From contig CAUYUJ010000137.1 of NCBI GenBank assembly GCA_963575745.1, positions 124,001 through 188,000 on the forward strand: 64,000 bases of DNA. Reading direction: 5' to 3'. Origin of the DNA: Prorocentrum cordatum (taxonomy: Eukaryota). This document shows, one piece after another, positions 60,538-64,000 of the stretch (its first letter is position 1; each line of letters begins with the position of its first letter). Under the pieces are notes generated by a model, which made no database searches, had not been told where the DNA came from, and saw only the letters and a program-made list of their open reading frames with translations. The translations under genes were made by a program, and so were the position numbers.

Positions 60538-63500
60538 ATATACATATGTATATATATACACATATATACACTAGAACCACGCGCGCGCGCTTCGCGCGCG
60601 CTTAGGTTCTAGTCGACCCCATCCCTTGAGGAGGTCCCGTATCCACTGAAGTGATTACCCATTGATGGAGTATGCATGAGGTACAGAAAACATCCAAAAT
60701 GCTGGCCGAACAGAACCCAAGTACCGACAATGAAATATGCTCCTTAATCCGCCGACCCTGTCGGCGTGTGTGAGGCGCTCTTCGGTTTGTCGTCGTCGGT
60801 GTCGTCGTCGCAGTCGCTGTCGTCGTTGTCGTCGTCGCCCTCGCCATCTTCCCCCTTTCCCCGGGCCCTCTTCCTCAACCGATCCAGCCAATACGAAATC
60901 GAATCGAACAACGAAGGGAAGCACCTTCCCTTGATCCCTTCCCCAGCGGGGGGGGGTCCCGGGGCAACTCCCGGGGGGTGGTCCCGGCGGGTGGTCTCGG
61001 GGGGTGGTCCTGGGGGGTGGTCCCCGGGGGTGCCCTGGGGCCCGTGGGGCTCCTGTTACTGTTTTGCCGATCCCGAATATTTGGCGGAGGGTCCCCGGGA
61101 CCCCCCCAAGAACCGGGGGGAGAGAGTCTCTCCTCCCTTCCCCCCAGCGTCACCGCTTTGCCCCCCCTTCCAAGCGTCCCATGCTCCCCCTGTCCGCAGG
61201 AGGGAGCCCCCCCCACGGGCCAGTCCCCCCCTCCACAGGGGGGAGCGACCCCCCTTGGTGGTCGTCGTCGTCGTCGTCGCCGCCGTCGTCGTTCAGGGTC
61301 GGCGGCACCGGCAGCAAGGCCTCTCCAGAATTCAATTCGAAGCTATGCAAGCCAGTTTAGCCAAACACATGCAAAGCAGAATGAAATGCAAAGCAAAGGA
61401 AAGCGATGCTCATAAGTGCAATTTGGATCCCGAAACACTGCAATTGCACATGCAACGGAAAGCAGCCCAGTGGAATGCAATGCAATCCAATGCACGATAA
61501 GACAAAAGACCGAGAGAGTCCGAGGCGTCACGGAACTCAGAGATCCCAGGGACGAGCCGCCCTGGGAAGAGCCCAAGAGGACCCCAGAGCACAAGACAGG
61601 GTCACAGGGCACCCAAGAACATCCAATGAGTTCTCCGAAAGAGGCTAAGGGGGGCCCAAGCGTGGCCCCGAAAGAGCTCCAAGCAGGCTCCAGAACGAAG
61701 CACAGGAGGGCCCCAAGAGGCGCCCCAAGAAAGCCGGAAGATAACGACAGAAAGAGAGGGTCCAAGGAAGTGCCTCCTCAGCGCGACAAAAACACGCAGA
61801 GGCCCACAATGAGCCCCAAAAAGGGCGTTCTCAACAGCCCCATCCCTTGAGAAGGTCACAGCTCCACTGAAGCAGTGACCCACAACTGGCTTGAGCTCGA
61901 GGTGAAAAAGTACCGATCATGCGGATGGAAGCGAGACCTACGGCCCCAGATGAAGGCGGGGTTCACATGGCGCCCCCCGGTCAATTTCGGCACGGCACTC
62001 ACACGGATCTTGTCCCCCTGGGAGCTCCTCTTTCGGGCCCAGGGACAAAGTTCGCACGGCGTCGCTCCGCCCATCTCGGCACACCCAACACACGAATCGT
62101 GCCCCAGAGGGATGTCGTTTCACGTACGGCCTTAGTGTGGGGATTCGCATAACGTCACGTCCCTCCAACGCGTATGTCGACTGTCTCCTCACACGAATCG
62201 TATCAACAGGGAGCTCCACCGACGGTTCCAGAGCCAACGTTCGCATCCCGCCACCCCGCCCATGGCAGTAAATACACCCCTGACCTGGATCGTGAGTTCG
62301 GGGCGTCTTGGGTGCTTCTGTGGGCCACGCGGCATGTTTCTGTGAGGCCTCTGAAGCCCTGAGATGGATCGTGAAGCGGGAGCCTCTTGAAGCCTTCCCT
62401 GGGAGCCTCGTGCAGGACGTCGAAGCGAGACCTCCCATACGCTTACGGGTGACTACTGGGAAGCCTCCTGGGACTGTTTTGGGAGCGTTCTGGGAGTCTC
62501 TGGGGGCCTCTTGGGACCTTCTTGGGGGTCCTTTTGGGGATATTTGGGGCTCTTTGGGGCCCTCTTGGCCCGTCCTGGGGCCATCTTGGACCGTCTTGGG
62601 CGCTTGGGCCGTCTTGGGGCCCTCTTGGGGCCCTCTTGGGCCGTCGAGGGTGCCTCCTGTGGCCCTCTTGGGGCTCCCTGGGGACTCTTCTGGGAACCTC
62701 TGGGGACCGTCGTGGGCCGTCGGGGGGCTCTCATGAGCCGTGTTGGAGCTCTCTTGGGCCGTCTTGGGGCCCTCTTGGGGGCCTCTTGGGTCGTCTTACG
62801 GCCGTCTTGGGGGCCTTTGGGTCCGTGTTGGGCGCTGTTAGGACCGAAGAAGCGAATATGCTAAAAACGCATGTTTTCCGAAAGGAATTTGGCTGTTATT
62901 GCCTTTTGGTGACCTTCTGGGAGGCCTCTTGGGCCGTCTTGAGGGCTTCTGATGCCAAAAATATAAATTTCCCGCTGGTTTGTGAAAGATTCGAATTTCT
63001 CGAGGACCTTTTCGGAAGCCTCTCGGGCATCCTTGGGGGCCTCCTGGGCCGTCTTGGAGCGCTCTTGGCGTCCTCTTGGTGCATCTTGGAGAACTCTTGG
63101 GCCATCTGTAAACAATACTGGGCGGATTTAGGGCTGCTCTGAGCCTCGGGGGCGGGTCCCGGAGGGCTCCTGGGAGGGGGGCACTACCTATGTACAAGGG
63201 GGGGGCCCTGCGGGTCCCCTGGGTCGGAATCCCCCATATATGTATGCTCGGGAACCTTGGATAAGGAATTAAGGAATCCTCACGAGTAAATCTGTATTGA
63301 TAGATCATCAATGAGGAATAATTACGAACAGGCCCCTGCAAAAGAAGTTGCACAACATAATCCGTCATCGACAACCTTTGATTCATAATCCGTAACAAGG
63401 AACCAATCTCAAGAAATCAGTAATGAGGGATATGTAATGAGGGTTCCTACATCAAGGACATTTACTACGGAATCCTTAGCAATGACTCTGTACTGGAAAA

Positions 63501-64000
63501 TCCTTGGTAGGGAATGCGTACGAATGATTTCTACATGAGAAATCTTTACTGAGGAGACCTGCTGGAGGAATATGTACTAAGGACACCTTAACCAAGACCT
63601 CGCAATGCCAAGCAACCTTTGCTACTAAATCTTCAGCACAGAATAATTACGGATAGTTCCATATGTTTGACTGAGGACACCTTTAGTAAAAAAAACCTGA
63701 ATGCGGAATCCATAGTAAGGAATCTTGACTAAGGAACCCGTCGAGAGGAATATGTACTACGGAATGAGGGGCGTTACTAAGGAACACCTCGTAAGGAATC
63801 TTGGCTGAGGAATCCTTCACAAAGAATATGTACTCAATAATCCTCACGCATTCAGGAATTTGTACTAAGGAATCCATAACAGAATCCATCGGAAAGAACT
63901 CGTACTAAATAATCCGTTATCCTTACTGAGGAACCTTGACTAAGGAATCCTTGCTAAGCAACATGTTCCCCATGAATCTGCATGAAGGAGTCCCTAGCAA

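Overview
This is eukaryotic, GC-rich, repeat-saturated DNA. The composition, (GAG)n/(GAT)n tracts and repeat style suggest a dinoflagellate-type nuclear genome, which is inference only. Nearly all ORFs in the supplied track are shadows of microsatellites or tandem repeats. The one intact coding unit is a full-length 7.85-kb non-LTR retrotransposon on the minus strand (27611-35457). It sits in a (GAG)n microsatellite with a 15-bp target-site duplication (TSD) and a (TCA)8 tail. ORF1 encodes a zinc finger and coiled coil. ORF2 encodes APE endonuclease, RT, CCHC finger, RNase H and further Zn fingers, followed by an unexplained in-frame ~450-aa acidic repeat module, which is the best candidate for something undescribed. 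Around it are a 5'-truncated RTE-like LINE flanked by a 129-bp direct duplication, two Helentron/DINE-like elements with internal 73-bp arrays, and hairpin-terminated elements carrying 77-bp and ~102-bp arrays. There are also several MITE families that repeatedly nest in one palindromic host element, decayed coding remnants, and possible micro-exons of a host gene. No rRNA, tRNA or CRISPR array was found.
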